Assembly: GCA_036172245.1 (NCBI GenBank)
Contig: JAYWIR010000016.1
Span: 2,728,001-2,792,000, forward strand
Source of the DNA: Raillietiella orientalis
Lineage: Eukaryota
Direction of reading: 5' to 3'
DNA: 64,000 nt
Positions within the stretch are counted from its first letter, which is position 1. Each line of letters begins with the position of its first letter. Made by a program: the position numbers and the translations under genes. Positions 22,561 through 35,500 of this stretch are shown in pieces. The notes beneath the pieces were generated by a model. That model saw only the letters and a list, made by a program, of their open reading frames with translations, was not told the origin of the DNA and ran no database searches.

Positions 22561-23719
22561 AGCACTGAAACGCCTGCTACAGCGTTCAGGCATCCTCCGG
22601 AAGGATTATGTGCTCTGAGGAGAGATGCCCTTTTGTGTCGTTTTGGAAGCTGCGAGAGGTAGTCAGAGCCAGATGCCAACACTGGGCGATCTTTTGGGTT
22701 CTCGGAGTCGTCGGTGCACATCAAGCATCCTTGTATCTCTTGGAAACGGGTTCCAGCAGCAACATCCGTAGGACTGCAATCAAGATGATGGTTCCTGCCC
22801 TGTTTCGCGTCTAGGATAGAGAAACGCACTTGAAGTAAAAAAGGAAAAAAACAAAAAAGACACGTGCAGTGATTTCGATTCTGTACGGTAGTACGGTATT
22901 TTTCAGCAGCTTCTTTACGGAGACTAGGTGAGCGAGAGTGCTGCAGTCAAAGATCTACTGCTGCCTACCGCTTCTTCACTGTACGTGTCTTTTTTTTTTT
23001 CTTTTCCTTTTTTATTCCAAGTGCATTTCCCTCTCCTTGCAGCTACAGCCACTCGCGTGCTTCTATTCTTTTCCGCTTCCTTCTACTTCTATCTTATCTG
23101 AGACGATGACCGCGATCTACGGAGAGCATGGTGCATTCTGACCGCTAAGGGTCAGAATGCAAGGGCGCTGCGAAAAACCGACGAGCTGTTGTTGGGACGA
23201 GGCGCCGTATTTTTACCCGTGATGATGGACGCCTGGAGTGGTGTTTGCCTGAGGACTCACCGCCTCGCAAGCTTTCTCGTCCGCGAGTCGCGCACAGCCA
23301 TTCGCGAATCGCAGAGGACACTGCAGACTCCATCAAAGGGGGAAAGCGCAGATGCGAACCGCGTGACTTATCGATTCGGGTTAATCCAGCGGCTAGCTGT
23401 AGCTTTCCGTGAATGATGGTAGAATGCGTACCTTTTTATCAAAGACACGTAACGGAACGACAGGGACTGCGGCACATGGAGAGGATGGAGCGAATTAGAG
23501 GAGATGCGCTGAGTTTGGGGGAATACCACAGGTCTAAGGGAACTTGGCGCCGCAGGCCGCACCACGTGGGACGGACGCGCGTCTTCGTTACGGCAGTGGT
23601 CTCGAGACGTGACCCAAGGATTCTGACTTCGGAGTTCTCCGGAAATGCAGAATCATCGGCTTGTGAAAGCGCGCATCTCCCTGAGAAACGAGGAATGTTT
23701 CTTCTGCTGCACGTCTGCT

Positions 23720-24850
23720 GCTGATTTTCCACCATCCCTAAAGCCTTTGGGGATGAAGGTGCAGGATCCGAAAGATTGAATCTCTCCAGGAAGATTGGGT
23801 AGGGAACGGCAACCCAGTTGCGAGCAGACATCGCACAAATTGGTGTGCCTCATGATCTTGGTCTTCGATGTCTCAACTGGAATGGGGAGTTTCTTCGGTT
23901 GGTTGGCTGAGACAGAGATGGAAAATCTCTTCCCACTCAAGCGGTGTGCGCGGTATTCCAAGCCGTACAGATCTGTTGGAACGAAAAGGACGAAACGCTA
24001 CAAGCCGAGACCGCGCTAACGGCAAACCGACGAGAACGGATTCCGCGAAAGGGATGGCGGTTCAAAATGGCTGGTCCGTGGGGGGGGGGGGGGGAGAAGA
24101 AACAGACAGACAGAGCGATTCCCGAATGAACACTTTTTACAGAATCTCTCTACGTGTTGCGAAAGAGTTTCCGGAACGCAAGGAATTTACAGGAGGTATG
24201 TAAGAGGGTAGCAGGAAACTCATCTTGCCGCGGAAGCGCGCGAAGACATTCTCGAAAACTGGTCCTTATAAACGATACTCTTCTTCTGAGGCTACCAGAA
24301 ATGTCTTTGGAAGCCCGATTTCAGGGAAACCATCGAAACCGTGACCGATTCGTGGTTCAAGAGAGCTTTTCGCTCGGGGTGGACATAAGTCATCAGCAGA
24401 TCTCTCCGGCAACAACATGCAACACATTCGGAGTTCCAAAAAACTCCGAATGCGCGCTTTCGGGACCTGCTTTTTGTGAGGGTTATTCTGAAGATGCTTG
24501 GTGTGTCATCTGCGAGGCGCCCACCGAGCATTCCAGTTTCGAAGACGAGGAGAGCGAAGATTTAAATTGACATTTACGATTGGAAAACCGACATCTGCAA
24601 GCGGCGTCATGAGGAAACCCAGGATGAGCAGTAAAGCGCGACCGATTCGCCGATCTGTCGAGAGGCCACGCTGCGAGCAAGATGCAAGGCATCCGGACTC
24701 ATGAAACCCAGGTTGAGCAACTGAGCAGGAACCAAAGGAACTGATCGAAATGGCTCAACAGCTCCTGGAGTCACGAGGTCTTATGCCCGAATCGGAAAAG
24801 GTATTCCGTCGCGCCGTCTCGAAATGCTTTCCGTCCTTACGGCAGGCCTG
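23720..24850 (+). mobile_element. Degenerate non-LTR RT core
   Basis: KAFGDEG (23740), LFPLKR..KPYRSVG, VQNGW, FGVPKNSECALSGPAF, RFADL (24643) and LLESRGLMPESEK follow the order of KAPGPDG / NYRPIS / QxGF / QGCxLSP / FADD / GLxIN. Confidence 0.55.
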
Positions 24851-25427
24851 CTTCCACAAGATCTGATCTTGTTCTGATCGTGATGGGCACGGCTGTCTCT
24901 GTTTGGCAACCACTTCCGCTTGCGCGGAAGAAAGCTTTTTCGAAAACTGATGTTCGACCCCCTTTGCCCTCGGAAGAGTGAAACGAAGGCGAACGGAAGC
25001 ATTCATTATAGGGCGTTGGCAACACGTGGGTTCGGTCCCAACCACTTCGCAAAACAAAACAGCCCAAAATAAGAAGAAAAACAATCTCTGAATTATTTTT
25101 CATCATTCAGAACACTAATGGCAGCCATAAACACAGATGGAATCGCATTTCGTGGGTTCTGCTAGCATTCAAAGTCTCGTTCGACGTCGCATACAGAGGC
25201 ATTAACATATTTGTCGTTGCTGATGGATTGAACTCATCTCCAATCTGCAAGTCCTGCGAACAAGTCGTCTGCTTGTTGTTCCCTCTTCTGAAATCTATTA
25301 CGCCCTACTGATCTCCTCCCCACTCGGCCGACATACCACAGGCAGCCTGGGTGCACAGTTCTTCTTCCCGAGAGGCCATGCATTTCCGTCAAATGGCCAA
25401 AACACTCTCGGCAAAGCTTCGTGGTTC

Positions 25428-25428
<1 letters not shown>

Positions 25429-25458
<30 letters not shown>
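25429..25458. repeat. (TGT)n(TGC)n microsatellite
   Basis: tgttgttgttgctgctgctgctgctgttgc. Confidence 0.85.
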
Positions 25459-28400
25459 ATGTGTGGTCCCAGTGGCACGTAGTCGTAGAGGAACGGCACG
25501 TTGCAGAAATTTCGCGATACGGTGAAACCAAAGGATTTCGTATCGTAGATAAAGGAGGTCGGTCGCGGGGTCAAGTCATCAGCCAATTCATCCATCGATG
25601 GCTTGGAGTGGAAAAGGAACTTTTGGCGCCAAGTAAAGATGGGAATTGTTCTGGATTGCCGCCGGGCGGGTTTTCAAGTGCGAGGTACAAAAATGTCTCT
25701 GCAGAGAGGAACTTCCGAAAATGCAAAGAAAAAAGTGGCGTTTTCATAACCAAGATAGCAGTGTGTTCGTTAAAAAAAAAAAAGAAAAAAGAAAAGGAAA
25801 GAAAGGAGGAAAGAAAGAAAGAGGGACCATTTTGCTATCCAAAGCCTCATTTGAATAGCTGTACACATTTGAATCTTCATCCGTACGTGATCCGTACATG
25901 GCTTTCGGAAGATTCGGTGACAGTCGGCATCAGCATTTTTCCCTCACCACATTTAAATTCACCGAACTGCGGTACGTGAAGAATGCAACGTGTAAAGGGT
26001 GAACTCAATGAGGGATGTGTTTTACGGATGGTCGATTGCCTACTGAGAGGCGAATTATGTAAAGGGCGTCGCCATGTTTGGTGTCGGTCCGGTCCCCGCA
26101 GATTAGAATACGAAGGCAGGAACACTACGTTTCCTTTCTCCCTTCGCCACCCCCCAACCCCTCTCTCTTTTTTTTCGTTTCCCCGAGTCGATCCGGTCTT
26201 TGGAAACTCCTCGATTCTGGCAGCATTCCGGTTTACGAAATTGGGTTTCCACGTCTCACGGGGAGCGCGAACGCCACCCATTTCTGTCGAACTCGGCGTG
26301 CGAATCACTCCAAATTAAAGCGCTAATCGAGATGGATTCATTTTAGCCGTTTCGATGGAAAGCAATCAAACGAACAAACACCAATTCATACTCATCTGCG
26401 AGCCTATTCCAGGAAACACAGCATTTGTCACAAGATAGCACTGTGAGAAATTCGTTCGCACTCGGTCGCTGCGTTTCGGGATTTTTCCAGAAGCTCATTG
26501 CGCAACAATGGAAAATGAGGAGGCTGCTCCTCCTCCTCCTCCTCCCCCCCTCCTCCTTCCCCCCCCCCTCCGCTCAAACGGAATGGAGGGAGCTGCTGCA
26601 TTCGAGCGCTTCGGTGAACGCGAACGGGGAGTGCGTTTCGCGGCGAACGCCCGTAGCATTCGTCGTACCGTGCACGACACGTGTTGAGGTGTCACGCGGG
26701 AGAGCAGAGATTCGGCACAGTACGGATCGGGGGCGATGGGTTTCCGATGCAACGGACGGCTGCTCCCGCTCTCTCTCTCTCTCGAGCGCTTCTAACGTCA
26801 GGCGAATCCGTGAGCGATCCAAGGCGCAGCGGAAGCCACGGATTCTGCACGCAGGGTGGTCTCAGGCAGCACACCTGGGGAAGAAGCACAAGCAAAAGAG
26901 GGTCGTCCACGGAGCAACAGCAAGCGCACGAGGATCCATTCGGGAGCGCTTCTGGTCCTCTTATCGAAGAGTGGGTGCTGGATGGATGCGAGCGCCCTCG
27001 CAAACTCGAGATGACTCGAGAGCTAAACATATGACGCGGGGAGGGAACAATCTGCGGAGGGGGGGGGGGGAAGTGTGAAGAAACTCGAGAAGCAAGAAGC
27101 TGTTCCTGCTCTGACCTGCATTTGGCACGAGCTTCTGAAGAACGAAAAGATGCCCTTCACTTGACCAAGAAATCAGGAACGCTGTCGCGATGGCTGGGGA
27201 GGAAACCCACAGCAGCAACGCTACTGCCTTGCTGCTGTGGGTTCGCTGGAACGACCAAACGGATCCGCGCAGGACACCCCCCCTGGCTCGAGTGAACCAT
27301 CGGGGAGAAGCTGGCGAGCGGCGTGCCAAGCAATGAGATAAAACCCACGCAGCCTCTGGAGACTTCCCGTTGTACCTCTTGTGGAGGTCGGACTTGCCTA
27401 TCGGGAGGTCTTCCTGGATCGAGTCGATCCCGTTTCTCTTCAGCATCGTTGAAATCAAGTGATCCCTTCTTTCCTAGCGCCAGCCCCCGTACACGCTTCG
27501 CTCGTGGGGCCCTCCTGTATCATCTGCCCGCTTGCCACGAGGCTCCTCGGATCGGGAGCGGTCCTCAGTTTTCAGGAGCTGGTCGCGAACGAAAAGGCCG
27601 GCCGCGGGCAAGGAACAACAGTGACTGGGACATGCAGCCCTCTCCCGCAGGGTGGACGACAGAGCAGAGGATGATAACGAAGACTAGGGGGGTCAGTCAC
27701 GGGCGCGTTCCGGCTCGGGGTCCCGTGGGGCGAAAAGTCGCAGCAGCGCACCGAAAGAACGCGACAAATCGAAGGGGGAGGGGAGGAGGGGAAAGAGGGC
27801 AAGGGGGTGTGCATGGCTACACACATCTGCACAAGGTACCAAGAAACCCGGAAGGAAGGGGAGGGGGGCAGCTGCTGCTGCTCCCTGGGAGCTACTCGCT
27901 CTGCTTGCGCGCTGCCGGACACAGGAACCCCTCCTTCCTTGTTGGAACAACCATTTGAAGCAGCCCAGGGCTTTCCAGCTGCGCGCAGGGTCTGCCCGGG
28001 AGGACATGGAAGAAGAACAAGGAACACGCGGCATCCGTCGTCACGAGCATCCCTCCTCCGTCGAGACCTCGGATGGGTGCGCGCGCGCGGGTGCATTTCG
28101 CGCGGTGGTATGCGGGCGCTCGGAGTGTCTGCCGCCGCCGCGAGCACTTGGCGCCTGCGCGGGGGCGTCTCGGGTCCTTCTCTGAGACACCTTCCCGTGA
28201 CAAGGACGCCGCATTAGAGATCGCATGGAAATGGGGGGGAGGGGGTCATCGGGCTGCGCATTCCCTCCCTCTGCGGAGGTGTCCCGCGACGGCGAAGGGG
28301 GCGCACCCGCCGTCCGTCTCCACAGCCGGACCCGGCGAAGCGACTGCGCCTTCCTATACTCCTTTTCTCCCCCCCTCCTCCGCTTCCCTGAGGATTCAGT

Positions 28401-31400
28401 CGTCTCGCAGCCTGGGAAAAGTCTCCAGATGGAGGTTCGGATCCATCCGGGAAATTCCCTCCTCCTCCTCTTCCTTGGAGACACCAGGCGACGGCATTCC
28501 TTCTTTCCGGCAGCGTGGCGGACTGCCTTCCCCTTTCCGAAATCGCAGCTTTTCCGCTCCAGCATGCGCGATTGGCGACGGCGGAGTGAAGCAAACTGGC
28601 GACATCACCACCGGTGACATCCCCGGCGGTGAGCGGAAGCCGCGGACAACGCCCCTTCCGTTCCCTCCCTCCCTCGACCCCTTCTCCTTCGCAGGTGTCC
28701 CGGCCTCCCTCGTACGAGGTTCGGCTCCGGATCCCCCTCATCTGCGGATGGGCCTGTCGGGAGAAAGGGCAGGGCCGATGCCTGTCACCCCCTGACCCAC
28801 CCCCCATACTGTCCTTCCCTCGTGTTCTTCCTTCTGTTCCGACGCAGCCAAGGGATAGCCGCCGAAACCTCGGGGGCTCCCGGGAGCGGTGCCCGCAGAG
28901 GGAGGGAGGGAGGGAGGCTCCACCCGGAATTCACCACCGCGCGCCGCGGCGCGACTCCCCCTTCTTGCTGGCGGGCCCGCCTTCGGGGCTGGAAAGGGAG
29001 AGTTTCGCGCGCCCATTCGCGCCGCTCGCACCGCCACCAAGGTCGTGCGCCTCTGCGTCGAAGGGCGGCGGCGGCGAAAGTGTCCCCTCTGTCTCTCCCA
29101 AGACCTTGCTCGTCAGCCAGTCCGTCGGAGCCCTGAGGGCGTGCACGGCAGAACCTTCCCCGCGGGAATGGAGGAGGGCTGCGGGTCCCCATTTCTGCCG
29201 ACTCCACAACCAGGATGGTCGGAAGGGAAGGCGGCGATAGGATGGCAGGCACGAGGGGGGCCACGAAGAGAGAAGGGGACGGGCATGTCCTCGAAGCTGG
29301 GTCATGTGCTCAACCCAAACGGTAGTGCCTCCAGGCGCTTTTTCCTCTGTGTGCAAACCTCGAGGAGGCGTCCGCCCCGACCCTTTCCAGGCCTCGGAAG
29401 GGATCGGGGCGGAGCATCCGTCGTAGCTACGTAGGCACTTGCGGGGTCACGGCCCGAGCGCGCAACTTGACCTCGCCTCCCGGCTGCGCTGCGGGTTGCT
29501 TCAACTGAGGTCGGGGCTGAGACGAAAGGAAACTGCGAGAGCGGCTGCACGAACCGGCCTCCTGCAGTCTCCGAACTGCTCCCCGTGCCGGAGACACTTC
29601 CGCAATTCTGCGACGCGCCGACGGGCAGCAGACCGCCCCGTCCCCGCCTCCAACGAAACAGTCTCCTCCTTCATCCCCGTTTCTGAGTCGCCTCGAGGCA
29701 ACCCACAAATGCTGGTTCTCCGCTGTGCACTCCCCGCCTCCATCCTAGCAGCGTCTCAAAAGTTCGCAGTCGGCCCTCGCTGCCGCAAGCTAACTCACGA
29801 GGACGGTACTTCCGCCGAGAAGGAAACGGCCGAAAGACTCCGCAGCTGCCGCCACAGCAGCCCGCGGGAACCGCCCGCGACTCTCCGCTTACCGGACAAT
29901 ACACGGCTGCCTTCATGGTTCTGGAAACCTCGCGACCCGCTGGCGCTGAGCCACTCGCGAGCAAGGCGAGGGCACGGCTCATGACTAGGAGAGAGTACTC
30001 AGGAAAGAGATGGGGCGCATTCCAGGATGAGGGGGAGGATGCAACCGCAGCGACGCGGGACGGGAAGTGCTGCGGCTTGCCTGGGGGTCCCTTGGGAGAA
30101 AGAGGGCGCGGCGACGGCGGACAGTCTCCTGGCGCGCGATTACGACTGATCTGGGAAAGGAACGGGAGCACCAAGGGGGGGAACTGAGGGATCCCCGGAG
30201 CGGGCTGCGGAGTTGTCAAGGAGCCTCGTCTCGGAGGGGAGCACCAACAAAAGCCACCGCCAGCCGGACCACGCGCTCCATGGGCAACGCGCGCATCCGG
30301 AAGGGGCGAGCCAAGAGTGGGGAAAGAGGAGGCTGGTGGCCACCGTTCACCCAGCCCCCGCAGAAACGGACAGAAAAACCAGAGCTCCGCGGGAGTCAGG
30401 ACGCCTTGCTCGGGTTGGAACGCTGCCTCGGGGCAAACTGCCGCCACCTCTACCGGATGTGTCGCCGAAGCGACGCGAAAATCGGCTGGGCGGACCTGGC
30501 AAGTACCACTGGGCGGCACCCACAGGACTGAAAAGAGACCGAGAGCAGCGAGGAAGGAGGCGCAAGAAGCAGGGAGCAGAAGAGAAACAGCGACGGCAAA
30601 GGATGCTAGAGGAAAAACCTCCCCCACTGAGCAGCTGCAAACGAAGGCAGAGAGGAAGGAGGGGTTCTCGGGACCCGCCGACTGCGCAGTCGTGGAAAAA
30701 AATGGGGAGGAAGCACCAGTTTGTTGCATAATAGGGAGAGGGGGGAAGGGTGTGTCGTGGTTTCGGTGCACAGATGGGGTAGTCAAGCAAAGAATCCGAC
30801 GTTTTCTGCCGAGAGCCCACCTTGAGGGGGGGAATGAACTTATTTCGCGCCAGGACGAAGGAGCACGAAGACGGAGGGGACGGGGAGGAGGCGGGAAGGA
30901 AGTGCCGCGGCAAGCCATTGGGGCTGCAGCAGGAAAAGCGGGATACGCGCGCCTGAGGCGCGGGAGAAACTCCAAGCCTTAGGGATGAAATGCGGGATGC
31001 ACGTCTACAAGCCTTCTGGTAGAAAGGGACCGGCAGCACCTTGGCGAAATACGGGGATACTCCGAAAGGGGTCGTATCGGGAAGGGGGGGGGGGAGTTGA
31101 ATGGGGAAAGGAGGATGCGCTTACGCTCCTTCTTTGCATCGCATCGGTCACCGAATGGGGAAGGGACCCACGAGAAAAGCTGCCGCTGTTTGGGATTCTC
31201 CGGGAGAATAGGGCGGTTCGAACGTCTGGCAGCAACCCAAAGTGGGTGGGCATGAGAGGTAGGGAAGGGGGAAAGGAAGCAGACAGATGAGCAGTAGCAA
31301 TTCTTGTTGCCAGGGGAGATCCGCAATGGTTCTACCAGAGGCTTGACTGGGCGTCCGCACCTTCCCGAGAGTCTCCCGTCGTCCCCCCCGTGAGGCGATG

Positions 31401-32581
31401 GGTGCTCCACAGATAGAAAGGCCCAGACAGACGGACAACGGTGATGAGAGTCCCAGGATGCCTGGAAAGGAGCTCCCCTGACCTGCACCGGCCTCCTTTC
31501 CCGGACGCTGCGGAGCCCAGGAGACGGCAGCTCGAAGAGGAAGCGGCACATCCACTGGTCCCGGAGGCGAGGAGGGATGGCATGGGAAAAGGGAAGGGAC
31601 CCATCGATCGCCACAACCCTCCGCACGAAAGGAGCCCCACGCGCTGCCGGAAGGTGGGACGCGGCGGAGTGCACGCGCTTCTCCGATTGCGGGAGGGGAA
31701 GAACGCGGGAAGTGCCTTCTTTCCATGATCGGGGAAAGAGAGAGTTGGCAGTCTCAGAACGGACAAGCGCCCCGGGAAAAGCAACAAACAGCAGAGGCTG
31801 GTTAGAGCCGGTCTATTCAGACCACCAGTGCTCGCGCCGGTCTCCCAAAGTGGTCACCGGTGTCCCCGCAAGAGGATAAATTTTTGCTTTCTTCCTCCCG
31901 CTCCTCCTCTAGGCGTCCGATGAGTCGAAATATGGGTGGGCGCGAGGGATGTTCACGGTCTGCCTGAGGGAGGGGGGAGATGCAGAGCATGGGGAGGAGG
32001 TCTTGTCTCGCCTTCTGCCAGTGTTCCCACACTCCTCCCTTCCCTGTCCAATAGAACCGCTCCTCGTTCTTCCGGGGACTGCCAAGAGGTGTGTATGGGC
32101 AAGCACTGGGGCCTGCATCGCAGGAGGAAGGGGGGAATGAAGAGATGGCACACCCCGAAAGGGGGAAGGGGGGGAAGATGGGAAGTGTGAAGGAGGGGAG
32201 GGGGGATGCAACTGTGCCGAGCGCCCCCCATCCTACTCCCTGCGTGGGAAGGGCCGGCGAAAGCCCTGTTCTCTTGTCAAGTGCCTTCGAATGCCCTCGC
32301 AGGGATCACGGCATCATGAGGAGCGAAGCCACACACAGAAAGCCGCCGGCAGCATCAAAGGCGCATGGTGAGATGGTCGGTCGCCGGCTGGGCGGATCCA
32401 GAAAAGAAAAAAAAAAAAAACGAAGAGAAACCACGGCTGCCAAAAGTTTTCCTATTTTTTTTTTGTTTGTTTGTTTGGGTGGGTGGGTGTGGGTGTGTCT
32501 GCCTGTCTTTGTCTCCCTCTGCACTGTTTTTGTTGTAGTTGTTGTTGTGTCAACGTGTTTTTTTTTTTTTTCCTTTTTGCT

Positions 32582-35500
32582 TCACAACTTCATTTCCTGG
32601 TTGAGGAACTTCTCGAAGAGCAGAGCTGTCAGCCTCTCGCATCCGCCCGAAGGGCTCAAGAAGTACATGTCGTCTTTCACCTTGTTGGGGTCGAAGCCTT
32701 CCCTCTGTAGGTCGAACTTCTTCAGCTTGTACGTCCCTACGGGGGACATGCACGCAACAAGGAGCAACTAGTGCCTCCTCCTCCTCCTCCTCCCCTTTGT
32801 TCCCTCCCGTCCCCTTCCTCCTCCTCCTCTTTCCCTTACCAGTGGTGTCGAGCCGCTTCACGATGCGGAGGAACAGGGGACATGCGTAGGAGGGAAGCGA
32901 CGAGCGCAGGCAGGCGACGAACTCGTCGAGGTCCAGCGGTTTGTCCTCCGCGACGACGATGGCTACCATGCCCGCGCGCCCTTCCACGCCGGGCACCTCC
33001 ACCCCGTAAACGACGCAGTCCTTCAGCTGGTGCAGGCACTCGCATATCAAAGACTCCACCTCCGAGGTCGCCACGTTCTCGCCGCGCCAGCGGAAGGTGT
33101 CGCCTCTGCGGTCCTTGAAGTACAGGTACCCCAGCTCGTCCATGACCAGGATGTCTCCCGACAGGAAAGCCTTGTCCCCCTTGGCGAAGACGTCCGAAAT
33201 GATTTTCTTCTCCGTCGAGGAGGCGTCAGCGTAGCCCTCGAATTTGCGGAACATGTCCGTGGTCCCGATCTTCCCCACCAGCTCCCCGGGCTCTCCGGGC
33301 TTGCACTTGATGCACAGGCCGCTCCTGGAGCGGAGGGGTTGCCCTGTGGTCTGGTCGATGCGGATGAGCGTCACGGGGTAGATGAACGGGAGCACGCGGG
33401 TGATGAAGCCGATGGAGCCAATGCGGTTGTCGATGTTGACTGCAAAGGAAGAGAGTTCGTTCCCCACGATCTGCCCGGGGCACCCACTTATGTTGGCGTT
33501 GCCTTCGGTGGCGCCGTAGAATTCCCCGATCTGCTTGATGCCAAAGCGACGCTGGAAGCGCTCCCAGATCTGCGGGCGGATGCCGTTCCCGAACATCAGG
33601 CGCACGGGATGCTGCGTGTCGAACGGCGATGGCGGTGCGCTGAGGAGGTAGCGGCACATCTCGCCGATGTACTGGGCGACCTGGAGAACACCACCCCAAG
33701 ACGGGCGCGCGGGTGCAACGTCTCCCTCCATCTCTTTCTCTCTCGCACGCGCGCGCGCAGAGGGCAGTGGAAGAGTAAGGAGACAGGCTCATGGACCCCT
33801 TTCCAAGCGAAAGAGTTTCTTCGGCAACGGGCTCCCTTTCCGCCCCTGGCTCTTGGTCGCGACGAGGTGAGCACCCAAAGGAACACCGCGGAAGAGGAGG
33901 CTGCGCGCGCTTCTGCGCACCAGAAGGGAGAGGAAAGCAGATCTGGGATACACACAGCGCCGCTTCCCTGTCGATGTCCGTCCGCGGGCACCTCAAGGGG
34001 CATCTCTAAGGAGGAAACCAGGCGGGGGCCGCTCTTCACGTCATGCACGTGCTGCACCTCGAGAAAACTGTGGACGCGTCTGAGGTCTGCGGTACGCAGA
34101 AGAGGAGGGACGAAGGAACCCACCTCCGGTCCCGCGCGCGCACCGTTGTCCGTCCCCTGCACCCGCACCCTAGAAGTGCACTCCTCCGAAGCGCCTAGTC
34201 CATTCGCTCGGCGGCACCTCTCCAGCCCCAGCCGGAGGCGCCCGTTAAATGAATTCAGGAAAGGCGGGAGGAGGGGAACAGAATCCCGGTCCGAAGGGAA
34301 GGCTCCAGAGTTCAAGGGGAACTTCCAAAGCAGCACCCCATCTCCGGTTCGCACAGAGAAAGCACATGAGGAAACACATCGGAACATGATCGGGAAAACA
34401 GGAAAAGCGGATGGGCGGCAGGGTGTGACCATCGGGTGTCAACACGGATGCCCGCTTTCTGCCAGTTTCCTGCTCCGCGCCGCCGCCGCACCACAAAGAG
34501 CGCCTGCCCCAGCATCTTGAAATGGGACCCTGCGCGACCCATCGATTGGCGTCCCCCCCCCCTCTCTCTCCTCGGGTCGGTGGAAAGAGCGGGTTTTGCT
34601 GGTCACTGTCTCGAAGGCAAAAATTGCCGTTGTGGTCCAGACAGGCACGAGAGGGGGTGGGAGTGGAGGGCTTTAGATGCATGGCGTCGGCAACCATAGG
34701 CTATCGAGCTGCTGCTGACGTTAAGGTGAGCGGCGGCCGGTTGGTTATCCGTGACGGATGCCGGGCCAAACTATTCCCTCTGGATTGGTTTGGACGGCTA
34801 AGACTCCCTTCTACTCTTCGCGAGAACCGGGTTGGGTAGATGGGGAAGACAGAAAAGAAGCAGTGAAGTTCGGAGCGGTGACGATGGAGCCAGCGATAGG
34901 TTCATGCGTGCCGTTGTGTTCCAGATTGCTGCGAGTCAGAAACTGCGGTCCCACGTACCGAGATGGAAAAGAAACGATAGACAGAGAGAAAGGGGGAGAT
35001 GAGATCGAATCAGACGACGAGAGATCCGAGGCAAAGACGCAGGCCGACCTGGGACGCTTGCGGATGGACCCTGGAAAGGAAGACCACGGTGCTTCCATCT
35101 GAAATGTTCTCGTGGACGCTCCATCGGATGGCAGCTGCAGGAGCGGAACGGAGCAGAGCTTTTCGAATCCCTCGCGCAGCACACTGAAGAAGATAGAAAA
35201 GATGGCTCCCTATCGTATCCTTGCAGATCTGAGGTGATGAATCAGCGGTCCTCAGGGTGCAGAGCCGGAGGGTTCCATGACTCCAAGGGAAGGTAAGAAC
35301 ACTGTCTAGACATGTGAGAGGGTCCCTACTATCCAACGGTGGAGAAGGAGCCCTGAGACGCTGGAAACTCTGCCCTTTTGCTGTGCGGTTCAACGTCACT
35401 GCCTGCATTCCCAGAACCGTTAGATGGGGTTGAAAAAGTAAAATGCCGTGGTGGCTCGACAGGCTGGTAAAAGCAACAGTGGTCACCCCTCCCCCAGCGC

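Noticed and set aside
26680..26715. ALPRDT on the minus strand as an alternative TM-type first exon of B
   Set aside because: No phase-2 donor after the motif and no hydrophobic segment before it.
32582..32596. C-terminal MKL of paralog C as a peroxisomal PTS1
   Set aside because: It does not fit [SAC][KRH][LM], and xKL/xRL-type endings are common in FATPs.
33030..34520. 496-aa plus-strand ORF (likewise 12373..13029 and 15882..16679)
   Set aside because: These are antisense shadows of high-GC3 FATP exons, with no independent coding signal.
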